Positions 34,226 to 47,406 of a stretch of 64,000 nucleotides of DNA are shown here, piece by piece (positions within the stretch are counted from its first letter, which is position 1; every line of letters starts with the position of its first letter). The position numbers and the translations under genes are program-made. This stretch comes from the human T2T-CHM13v2.0 reference genome, Homo sapiens. The stretch is from NCBI RefSeq assembly GCF_009914755.1, contig NC_060929.1. The stretch is one strand, 5' to 3'. Under the pieces are notes generated by a model. The model saw nothing but the letters and a program-made list of their open reading frames with translations, made no database searches and was not told where the DNA came from.

Positions 34226-34716
34226 TGAGGAGTAATAGTTGGGAAGATATAATTAAACCGCGCTTAGGTATGACTAGTTGACTGATATGATGATCCCACC
34301 TATGGTGAGATTTTAGGAGTTATATAAATCCTCTCTTACCAAAATGATGTCATTAATTTGTCCAACAACCATTAACTAGCTTCATTCTCTAGTACTATTC
34401 TATTTTTCAAAAACATGACATCTTACTAACGCTTTAAGTCTTGTATTTTATGGATGCTTGAGGAACCTTAGACAATGCCTTGAGTCAAAGCCCAGAGTAC
34501 CGGGTGCTATAATTACTGTGTCTTTTACTTCATGTTCACATTCGCTGGCCTCACATTTGCTGTGTATTCGGAAATACAAATACAGATTACAATACCAAAC
34601 ATGAGTTATATGTTGAACATGAGATAGAATGAATTTCTAAAACTCTATTAGTTTTAATGATAAACTAGAGCTTAAAAATTAGCCCTATATTTTCCCGTAG
34701 AAAATTACAAGCTGAG

Positions 34717-35330
<614 letters not shown>

Positions 35331-35514
35331 ATTACAAACTATTCTCTCTAGTGAATCAGAAAACAGCTTTCATGACTTAAACCTAGTATCTTACTCTAAT
35401 CTGTATGCATCTTGGCCTTAAAATGTAGCATTTTGGATACATACACTTAGGTGATTTGGCTTCATTGTTTTGTTTTGACAGGCAGCTTTTGTATCTGTCT
35501 TCTATAATTTAGTC

Positions 35515-35747
35515 TAGGGCTTCTCAACCTCCACACTATTGATGTTTTGCGCTTGATAACTCTGTTGTGGGAGCTGTTCTGTGCATTATAAGATGTTCAA
35601 TAGCATCCCTGGCCTCTACACACTAGATGCCAGCAACACCTTACCTGCCACCTCCACCCAATGGGACAACCAAAAATGTCTGTGGATATTGCCCAGTGTC
35701 CCTGGAGGGGAGGTTGGGCAATATCATCCCAAATTAGGAATCACTGC
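35515..35747. mobile_element. MER20 (hAT-Charlie)
   Basis: ttctcaacctccacactattga...agcatccctggcctctacacactagatgccag...gacaaccaaaaatgtct. Confidence 0.88.
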
Positions 35748-35827
35748 ATATTTGATGAAAATTAACTGCATTTTTTTAAATAGTGAGAAAAGTAGCATTG
35801 TTACATCATTGCAAAAATGTTGATGTC

Positions 35828-36323
35828 TGTGTGCACATGTATGTTTATTGCAGCACTATTCACAATAGCAAAGACTTGGAACCAACCCAAATGTCCATCG
35901 GTGATAGACTAGATAAAGGAAATGTGGCACATATACACCATGGAGTACTGTGCAGCCATAAAAAAGAATGAGTTCATGTCTCTTGCAGGGACATGGATGA
36001 AGCTGGAAACCATCATTCTCAGCAAACTAACACAGGAACAGAAAACCAAACACGGCATGTTCTCACTCATAAGTGGGAGTTGAACAATGAGAATGCATGG
36101 ACACAGGGAGGGGAACGTCACACAGTGAGGCCTGTCAGGGGTGGGGGGAAAGGGAGGGAAAGCATTAGGACAAATACCTAATGCATGCAGGGCTTAAAAC
36201 ATAGATGACAGGTTGATGGGTGCAGCAAACCACAATGGCACATGTATACCTATGTAACAAACCTGCACATTCAGCACATGTATCCCAGAACTTAAAGTAA
36301 AATTTTAAAATAAATAAATAAAA
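35828..36323 (+). mobile_element. L1PA 3'-end fragment
   Basis: L1PA 3'UTR ending cccagaacttaaagtaaaa and an A-rich tail. Confidence 0.92.
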
Positions 36324-36676
36324 ACCTTCATGTCTTGCTTAATAGAAGACAGTTGGATTCTCATGTCTACTACTTCTTTCATTCTGCTGATATAGTTGGA
36401 AAATGGAGGAGTATTTTAATAGCCTTTTTAAATAGTTGTGGATATTTTTCTTTAATATTACCCCAAAATCACCAAGTAGTAGTTTCTTAAACGTTGCTTG
36501 TCAAATTAAAATTCTTCTGTCTATCTTTCACTTTGAATGGATCTCTTACCCATGCATTGATCATTTGGAAAATACTGGTTCAGTGATTTACGTTGTTCTT
36601 CCCAAATTTGATGTGTTTTATTATCAATGTTATTATTATTATTATTATTTTAATATTTTAAAAAATTACAATTGTT

Positions 36677-36800
36677 AGCTGGGCACAGTCAGGTTTACCT
36701 GTAGTCCCTGCTACTTGAGAGGCTTAGATGGGAGAATCGCTTGAGCCCAGGAGTTCTAGTCCAGCCTGGGCAACATAGTGAGACCCCTTCTCTAAAAACA
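36677..36800 (+). mobile_element. FLAM (free Alu monomer)
   Basis: Single monomer: gcttgagcccaggagttc...cagcctgggcaacatagtgagacccc. Confidence 0.85.
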
Positions 36801-37283
36801 TTTTTTTTTTCTAAATCACATTGTTAACATCATCACCAATCTCATCAGCAAAGCCTTAAGTATTAGGATGTTGTCAAGCCCACAGTGGTGAATACGAATT
36901 TTCTGATATTCTATTTTTTACTTGAAAGCTTAAATTTTATCACTGGCAACAAATACCGCCAGTTGTTTTCCTTGAAGTGACAGACTCACTTCATTAATTT
37001 TTGAGAAAATGTCTGACAAATACTCAAGTATGAATAACTATAATTTGTCTGTCAGTTGTTCTTTCAAGTAAAAAAAAAAAGTGTATTGTGAAAAATGGCT
37101 CTTCAGCTTGTATCTCATACAATTAAACATGCACTTTTCCTCACACCGACTGTCATACTTCAGCATGCAGCCACAGCGTTTTCTGTGCAGTTCCCATTTT
37201 GTCATACAGAGTATTTTTAAAGTGTACATAATGGTTGAGATTTAAGAAGTTTTTTTAATGCTGTTTCAAAGACATTCTTTTTT

Positions 37284-37369
37284 AAAACTATAGACGGCTT
37301 CACAAATGTGTATGCCATCCTTGCATAGGGGCATTTCAATTTTAGTATATGTGCTGCTGAAGCGAGCAC
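37284..37369 (-). pseudogene. U6 snRNA retropseudogene with ~21-nt internal deletion
   Basis: Minus strand reads gtgctcgcttcagcagcacatatactaaaattgaaatg-cccctatgcaaggatggcatacacatttgtgaagccgtctatagtttt plus a short A tail. This matches both U6 ends but lacks atacagagaagattagcatgg. TSD-flanked, with no PSE/TATA context because the upstream sequence is the EEF1B2 poly(A). Confidence 0.92.
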
Positions 37370-37383
37370 TCAAAGACATTCTT

Positions 37384-38200
37384 TTTTTTTTTTTTTTATC
37401 TATCAAGCTTTTATTTAAATGCCATAATCCAGGATGGATTTTAGATCTTGTTGAAAGCAGCCACATCCATGGACTGCACATAGTCCTCAAAAGCAGTGAT
37501 CTGCTCCTCCAGAATATCTGTTCCAACTTTATCATCTTCAACTACACACTGTATTTGGTTTCTTAATTCTGTATCCCACTGGAACTAGTTTAGATGAGCC
37601 CCAGACTAAGCCGTCTGCTTGAATGCTTCTGACGCACTCCTCTAATTTCGCCAGATCTGTCTCCTTATCCCAAGGTTTCACATTTAGTAAGATGGAAGAC
37701 TTGGCAACAAGTGCAGGGTTTTTGGCTAACTTTGATTCATATTGTGCAAGACTTTCTTCCCTTAGCCTCTTTGCTTCTTCACTTTCCTCCTCATCATCAG
37801 ATCCAAAGAGATCAATGTCATCATCATCTTTACTATCTGTACCTCCACTTCCTGTAGCGTCTTCCACATTGGCAGGACCATACTTGCCCAAAGCTTTCTT
37901 CACTCCTGGCAGGCTGGCCTTTTCCTTTTCATAAGACTTGACATGATTATACCAACGTAGGGCATGACACAAGCCAGCAGGCTGTGGGCCGGACACGGCT
38001 TCAAATATTGCCACATCTGCTTGTGATGGCACATACCCCTCAATGTAGCTCTTGTCCACCAGGTAATCGTTGAGCACCTGGAGGCCCGCGGGACTTTTCA
38101 GGTCTCCGAAACCCATGGTGTCGGCTGTATCTGAGAGCTGGGGAGCAGCAGAAAGAGAGCGCGCAACTTGTGGGCACCCCGCGCTGAAGAGAGGAAAAAG
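37384..38200 (-). pseudogene. EEF1B2P: Full-length processed pseudogene of translation elongation factor 1-beta (EEF1B2 retrocopy)
   Basis: Intronless [19 protein letters not shown]...[25 protein letters not shown]...KPWD...[11 protein letters not shown] from the ATG at 38116. The parental-frame stop (AAFNKI*) is at 37441-37443, with a 2-bp deletion near 37558. Also has AATAAA, poly(A), a 5'TOP (ctttttcctctc) and a TSD. Confidence 0.97.
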
Positions 38201-38667
38201 CTCAACGACATTCTTAAGTGAAACAGTGAAACTGGTTTGTTTTTTTTTTTTTTTCTGCAAGAGCCTTGTGGTGAAGAATACAGTATCTGCTGGCATAGTT
38301 TTATGCTACTGTTATGGTTTACGCTAAAGCACAAACACCATTGATGTAAATATCAACACAATGAGAAAGGCTATTATTAATAATACTAATATTATTAATA
38401 CTAAGGCAAACAATGTCTTAGTATTACTATAAAAACTAGTTTTGACCTTGGGGACCCCCAGAGGCCCAAAGACTACACTTTGAGAACTGCTGGTCTATGA
38501 AGATCATTCCGCTCCACACTTAATTTGAACGATATAGAAAATATCTGCTGACAGACTTGCACGATAGTAGATACACTTCATCAAAGTAGAATTTAGTATA
38601 TTCTAGGAACTGCATGTAGCATTGCAGGAACATACCTCTCACTACCAATCAAAATTGTTGAAAGACT

Positions 38668-38975
38668 GCTGGGCACGGTGGCTCACGCCTATAATCCCAG
38701 CACTTGGGAGGCTGAGGCAGGTGGACAGGTGGATCACTTGAGGTCAGGAATTCGAGACTAGCCTGGCCAACATGGTGAAAACTTGTCTCTAAAAAATACA
38801 AAAATTAGCCAGATGTGGTGGTGGGTGCCTGTAATCCCAGCTACTCAGGAGGCTGAGGCAGGAGAATCACTTGAACTCGGGAGGCGGAGGTGGCAGTGAG
38901 CAGAGATCACACCACTGAACCTCAACCTGGGTGACAGAGCAAGACTCCGTTTCAAAAAAAAAAAAAAAAAAGAAA
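38668..38975 (+). mobile_element. AluS
   Basis: Full Alu; TSD aaattgttgaaagact. Confidence 0.95.
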
Positions 38976-39599
38976 GAAATTGTTGAAAGACTTGTTTGCT
39001 CTCTTTGTCAAGAGTCTCAGAGGTTAGAAATATTTCCACAACATTTTAGTTTGTCTCGATGGAGCTGACAATTATGTACTTTCCTATATCTTTTTTGAAA
39101 CTGTTTCCACATTTGGCCTAGACCCTCTTGGAGTAATGAGTTTCAAAACCTTGTGTGTGAGCACTCCTTTCTGGGATTTGTAGAAAACTTGATTTTTTTT
39201 TTTTTTTTTTTTTTTTCTCAAAGAGTAGGTCGCAGTTCCAAGGAATTTGGTAAGGAAGTGTGCATTCTCTCAATTTCTAACACAATGCCTTGTTCAAATT
39301 AGGCACTCAATAAATATTTGTTGACTATAAAACTTAACTGATTGACCTCTTTTACGATCTTGGTAGTTTTATGATCTGATGAGATGACTCTCAACCTTCA
39401 TCCATCTAGACTGGAGAGGGCAATTTTTTAGACCCCTGGAACATTTGAAGGTGAAAGTAAGGCTCTTTATTGAAAACAGAGTGATTAAGGAAACATCTGC
39501 ATACTGAAGAGTAAACCCGCCCCTTCCCCAAGGCCTTTCCAAAACGCTTGCTGCCGGTCTTTCATGCACACCCTACCATCAGGCAACTGAATGATTCTG

Positions 39600-40460
39600 T
39601 CTGAGAAAGCTGATAAGCCCAAGAGATAAATCTTAAAGATAACTGGCATTTGGGATTCCACAAAGAACCAGATGGGCCTTGTGTACAGAAAGGCCTACCA
39701 TATGACAAGCCCCACCCTAAGCACACAGGAGAAAAAAGGAAGATGGTATCCCACAGAAGAAAAGAAGTGATGAGAATTTCTAGGATGATAGTCAAGGAAG
39801 TCTGGGGATAACAACTCTTCAGTAAGCCAGATTGGAATAAGAAGATGGAGTACTCCAAGAGGGATGTCTTCAAGGGGGGAAAAATGGAACATAGAAATTA
39901 CCAATTAAATTTGACAACATTGAGGGGCATGTTAGACACTTGAATGGAGAATTTAGGGATAACTTATTGCTATGTGAATAGAAAATTATAAATACAAAAG
40001 AAGCAATTAACCCCTGTAAAATTTAGAAGTTATACAAGGAAAAAATGTGTTCACAGGGTACCACATGGCTCAACCGAGAACAATACTTACATGATCAAAA
40101 TAATGTAAATACTGTACTCTGACTTGGCTAAAAATTGTGAAAGATTTATGTTGGGAACATAAAGATGAAGAAGTAATTGTGTGCAGTAAAGTCTAGGGAT
40201 GGTAGTTATTAAAGAACTAAATCCTAATTTAATAGAGAAAATCATGTCTAAATCAAGAAGTAGCAATATAAGCATGTTTCTTCAAAAATGGAATTTAAAA
40301 TCAGAAAAGCCTGAAAGTTGAAAGTAGTTCCTCTAGGTAGTGGAACTCAGGAATGGGCAGGGTTAGACAAGATTAATTCTTTTTCCTTGTAAACCTTATA
40401 GAGTGATCAAGTTAAAAAAATGCCTACATATATTACCTCAAATTACCTAATAAAAATTAA
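39600..40460 (+). mobile_element. Old L1MC-type 3' region
   Basis: ggtaccacatggctcaaccgagaacaatacttacatgatcaaaataatgtaaatactg resembles the L1MC4/5 3' end. Confidence 0.6.
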
Positions 40461-40466
40461 AAATAA

Positions 40467-40773
<307 letters not shown>

Positions 40774-40999
40774 TTAGTAAGTCAAAGATGTTTTACTTTG
40801 CACATAGATGGATCTGACTACATAATCAGGCTTTTGCCTAAAAGTTTGTGGTAAACTATATATACTATTTGAATTTTTTCTATGTAGGCACAGAGAGCAG
40901 CCACACGTCAGACTTTCTTTGACCTTCTCCCATAAGAATGTATCTGCAGTGTGTCTTATCTTCTCAAAATTCATATATAGTTAATTGAATTAAGAATTT

Positions 41000-41378
<379 letters not shown>

Positions 41379-42099
41379 CTACTTCTTATGATTTGATTAT
41401 GCCATTTGGCCAAAGTTAAAATTTCTTTCTCCCCTTCTCCTTCCAGAGCTTTGCCTATCAAATTTTTGATAATAGTTCAAAACCCAATTCCCTGTGGAAA
41501 CTACTCTTGCCCTTTTCAATTGGAAGTGATTGCTTCTTACTGTATACGATCTGGTTTCATTATCTTTTAGCGTTTTTGAGAGATCTACCTTAGATACAAA
41601 AAGTATGCATCATTTATCCTTACAACTTAGAATAAAATAAACATCCAATAACTCACCTCTTAGCTTAAGAAATAGAACATTACTCTTCATGACTGCATCT
41701 TCTCTCCCCACCCTACAGAGAAAATTGCTATCCTATTTTGGGTTACTCCTATTCTTGCTTTTCTTTATGGTTTTATCATAACTAGATATATCCCTAAACA
41801 ATGTCTTAATTTGTTTCCCCTGGAACTTTATTTTTCTCAAATTTTCTTCTTTTGCTCAAATATTGTGATAATTAGCTATAGTGGTGCACAAAGCTGTAGT
41901 TCATTCTTTGTCATTACTATATAATGTCCAATTGTCTTAATATACTATGAGTTATTTATCGTTTCTGTTGTTGATTGCCATTATGGGTTGTTGCCAATAC
42001 TTTTCTGTGATGGTCGATGCTTCTATAAACTTTCTTATATATACATTCTATACTATACTATAAACTTTCTTGGTGCATACGTGCAGGACTTCTGTGCAG

Positions 42100-42561
42100 T
42101 ACTAGTTCTCAAGGGGAGAACATTCTGGGAATGGGAATTCTCAGGCCCTACTCAACCTACGGAATCAAAAACTCAAAAACTCCCAGGGTGGGACCCAGCA
42201 ATCTGTGTTTTGTTTTTTTGGTTTTTTGCTTTTTTTTTAAGATGGAGTCTTGCTCTGTTACCCAGGCTGGGGTGCAGGGCACCATCTTGGCTCACTGCAA
42301 CCTCTGCCCCCAGGGTTCAAGCAATTCTCCTGCCTCAGCCTCCTGAATAACTGGGATTACAGGCATGCACTACCACGTCTAGCTATTGTTTGTATTTTTA
42401 GTAGAGACAGTGTTTCACCATGTTGGCCAGGCTGGTCTCAAACTCCTGACTTCAGGTGATCTGCCCACCTCAGCTTCCCAAAGCCACCACACCTGGCTGC
42501 AATCTGTGTTTTAACAAGCCATCAAGGTGACTCGAATGCTCACTGAAGTTTGAGAACTGCA
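42100..42561. mobile_element. MER5A interrupted by an Alu
   Basis: tagttctcaa...gaattctcaggccctactcaacctac...gggacccagcaatctgtgttttaacaagc...gtttgagaactgc. Confidence 0.75.
42208..42498 (-). mobile_element. AluS with a short internal deletion near its 5' end
   Basis: TSD gcaatctgtgtttt; reads cccaaagccaccac and lacks the tgctgggattacagg segment. Confidence 0.93.
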
Positions 42562-42974
42562 GATACAGTGTGACAACGGATTTGTCATGTCAGTTTCTCC
42601 TTGTAGCTCTTTTCATATTTATTTTATATATTCTGAAGCCATATTATTGCACTATATGAATTAGAGTAGCTATATCTTCCTGATTAATTAAAACTATTTC
42701 AGTATATTTGGTAAAGGCTTTCAGGCTTAAAGTCTACTTTGATACTAAAATAGTCTTGCTAACTTTCTTTTGATATCTGCTTATTGTCTAGTTTTCCATC
42801 TTTTGACTTTAAATCTTTCTCTGCACTTAAGTTTTGGCTGAATGTGGCATTTGTAAAATAGTGAATTACCTTTTTAAAAAAATTCAATCTGATAGTATCA
42901 TAATTGGGGATTTTAGTCCACCTACCTTTTAATTCATTTCTACCATCTCACTTTCACAGTCTATACACTCCGAT

Positions 42975-43294
<320 letters not shown>

Positions 43295-43499
43295 GATTTT
43301 TTTTGTTTTGTTTTGCTTTTCCCCATTTTTACTTCTTTGGGTTGTTTCAGATTTAGTTTTTCTTCATTCCATTTTTTCCACTGTAGTTTTTGTGGTTATC
43401 CTAAAATTTTTAACTTGCATATTTAATTTTCAAAAGTCCAAATTTAATTAATACTTCTAATCTGAAGAGTATAAGAAGCTTATGATGTTTTAATGTTAA

Positions 43500-43830
<331 letters not shown>

Positions 43831-44685
43831 AGATATGTGATTTCTTAATCGAGCATTTTGTTTTAAAATTTATTTGCAACTCCAGAAATTAGATGTTATT
43901 GTTTAATTCCATCTTTGCTTTTAGATATTAGCATATTATTTTCTTGAAATTGAGATCCTCCAAGATCCATTTTCTTCTTTACAAAATCTATCACGTAGGA
44001 GTTCATCAAATCTTTTAAGTTTTGATGGTGGTAAACTTTCTCAATATTTGTATGAAAAATTCTTTATTTCATCTTTCTATTAAATGGTAGTTTTACTATG
44101 TAAACAATTATATGATCATGGTTATTTTATCTCCAACAATTTAAAAATAGTATTCCACTGTCTTCTCACTTCCATGTTGCAAGTCAACTGTCAAATTAAT
44201 TGTTCTTCTTTGGTAGTAAAGCTTTCTCATTCTTTCTAATGGATTTCTTTTTCTTTTTTGTTTTACTTTCATAGTTTCCCTATAAGTGTCTAAGTATAGA
44301 TTTCTATTTAACTTGCTTGAGATTTGTTGGGATGTCTGAATCTAAGAATTAGTCTTGTAATAGATATAACAATTCAACTCTACAATTTTTATATAACTTA
44401 AAGTCTGTTAAATTTTTTATTGTTTTCTTTCAAATATTGTTTTTCTTCATTCTTCCTATTATCTTTTTAGAAATCTGATTACATTAGATTATCTCGCCTC
44501 ATCCTCAGTATCTCCTGATCTCTCTTATATTTTCATTCCTTTTGAAGTCTTTCTATTTCTAACTATATTTTTATCTGATAATTCCAATATCTACCATCTT
44601 TGTGGGTCCGTTTCTATAGTTTCCTGTTTTGCTGATTCTTATTCATGGTGGCTTGTCTCTCCAAGTTATTATTTGTATGTATGTC

Positions 44686-44688
44686 TGT

Positions 44689-44728
<40 letters not shown>
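44686..44728. repeat. (TG)n microsatellite
   Basis: Directly visible. Confidence 0.92.
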
Positions 44729-44730
<2 letters not shown>

Positions 44731-44832
44731 AGAAAGTAAGAGAGAGAATGTTGATGCCAGATATTCCATGGAATTCAACATGTAGAAGTCCATTTGAGAT
44801 CTGAATTTAAGGAGCAATACCAATTTGGGATC

Positions 44833-45135
44833 TTTTTCTTTTTTTTTTAAATCATTACAGGGTCTCGATCTGTTGCCCTGGCTGTAGTACAGTGGCACGA
44901 TCTCAACTCACTGTAGCCTCCACCTCCCAGGTTCAAGAGATTCTCATTCCTCAGCCTCCCGAGCAGCTGGGACTGCAGGTGCTCACCACCACGCCTGGCT
45001 AATTTTTGTATTTTTAATAAAGACAAGGTTTTGCCATGTTGGCCAGGCTGGTCTCTAACTCCTGACCTCAGGTGATCTGCCAGCCTTGGCCTCCCAAAGT
45101 GCTAGGATTACAAGCATGACCCACTGTGCCTGGCC
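44833..45135 (-). mobile_element. Alu (J/S)
   Basis: Full Alu; TSD ggatcttttt. Confidence 0.92.
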
Positions 45136-45759
45136 AGGATCTTTTTAAATACCATACAGATATTGGCAATTATGGTCCCAAACCCGTGTGATTAGAAATT
45201 CTCAGAAGAAACATTTAACAATATTTTGTCCATCTTTATCTGTTATTTGTATTTCACTACATCAATTGATAGTCTATTTTACTGCAAGCCATCGTATGTC
45301 CTTTTTGAGAACAGTTTAAATTGTAACCACAAAATGAAAGGAATAAATTGAAGAACAACTAAAGGCTAGTTGATTACAACATTGGATTATTTTTAAATAA
45401 AACTTTGCTAGGATCTCAGGGAACATAAGTCAATGTGCTTTGCTTTTAGAGTAAGTTTCAGGCCATTGCTTGAAGCAATGATAGCAGAATGAATTGATTT
45501 TAAAGAGCGCTTAGGCAGGCTCAAAGTCTGAGCTGGGAAAACATGGAAGTTCCAATTCATCATTAAATATTTACATGGCAGTTAAAATTTAAAGACTTAG
45601 AAATTCAGACCTGGGTTTGCTTGCCAATATTAATGGGCAGGTTGGAGTAGCATGGACTCTGTGTAAAAGAGAGTGATGAAGTTCCAAAATATGCTAAGTG
45701 AAAAACTGTAAATGCAAAACCTTTGTCTAGTGTGCTGCCTTCCATGTAAAAATAGGAGG

Positions 45760-46098
<339 letters not shown>

Positions 46099-46339
46099 CT
46101 ACAAAAGGATACCCAGGAAACCAAAAATATTGATGCCTCTGGGGATAGAAACTGAATGGTTGGGACAGAGGTAACACAGATTTTTCCGTATGTACCATTT
46201 TGAACCTCTTGAGTTTTGAGCCATGAGAATATATTATCTATTCAAATAAGTAGACATGTAGATGCACAGATTCATAGCTATGAAGATATATAAGAAGAAA
46301 AGCCAATGAATGAATGAATAAGCAGGCGAGTGACTGAAT

Positions 46340-46530
46340 GTGCCCCTGACTGGATGCACTGCTTGCTAGCTGTTGCCTAACTCCTGTGTTCCTTCATTTC
46401 CTCATCTGTAAAATGGGAATAATAGCACCTACCTCAAAGGGTTATTGTGAAAATCAAATGAGTTAAAACAAGGAATTAGAACAAAGTTTAGTCATCATAA
46501 GTACAAAAAAAGTTAGCTATCATTATTTTA
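46340..46530 (+). mobile_element. MIR
   Basis: tttcctcatctgtaaaatgggaataatagcacctacctcaaagggttattgtga. Confidence 0.8.
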
Positions 46531-46602
46531 TTGCTGTTACCCTTGTGACTTTCGGAGCTTACTTACCCAACTAAACACAGGCTTTATACTCAGCTATATC
46601 CG

Positions 46603-46891
46603 GTTTTTTTTTTTAGACCAAGTCTTGCTCTGTAGCCCAGGCTGGAGTGCAGTGGTGCGATCTCGGCTGACTGCAATCTCCCCTCCTGGGTTCAAGTGAT
46701 TATCCTGCCTCAGCCTCCCGAGTAGCTGGGACTACAGGCGCCTGCCACCACGCCCGGCTCGTTTTTGTATTTTTGGTACAGAAGGGGTGTCACCATACTG
46801 GCCAGGCTGGTCTTGAACTCCTGACCTTGTGATCCTCCCACCTTGGCCTCCCAAAGTGCTGGGATTATAGGTGTGAGCCACTGCGCCTGCC
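46603..46891 (-). mobile_element. AluSg/Sc-like
   Basis: Full Alu; TSD ctatatc(c/t)gg. Confidence 0.94.
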
Positions 46892-47106
46892 CTATATCTG
46901 GATTTTAACCCATGCTTGCCTCCATATCTTCTGTGAGATATTGTGCAGGATTTTAAACTTTTCTTTCCCTCAGTTTTGTATTTGTAAAATGTGAATAATA
47001 GTATAACAGCAACAATAATAATTAATTCAGAAAACAGACTTACTAACTTGATATTTGTTGATAGTAGGAAATTCTTGATATTTTAGGTGTGATAATCATA
47101 CTGAGT

Positions 47107-47406
<300 letters not shown>

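Larger units (their letters stand above)
35760..38493. mobile_element. Charlie1-family hAT DNA transposon fossil, split by L1PA, FLAM, U6 and EEF1B2 insertions
   Basis: Charlie1-like text (cttaatagaagacagttggattctcat; ccagttgttttccttgaagtgacag; gacattcttaagtgaaac) ending cacactttgagaactgctg-like terminus. Confidence 0.8.

Noticed and set aside
37538-38296. 252-aa ORF as a functional EEF1B2 gene
   Set aside because: Intronless, poly(A)/TSD-flanked and frameshifted before the C-terminus. The N-terminal extension comes from 5'UTR and transposon DNA.
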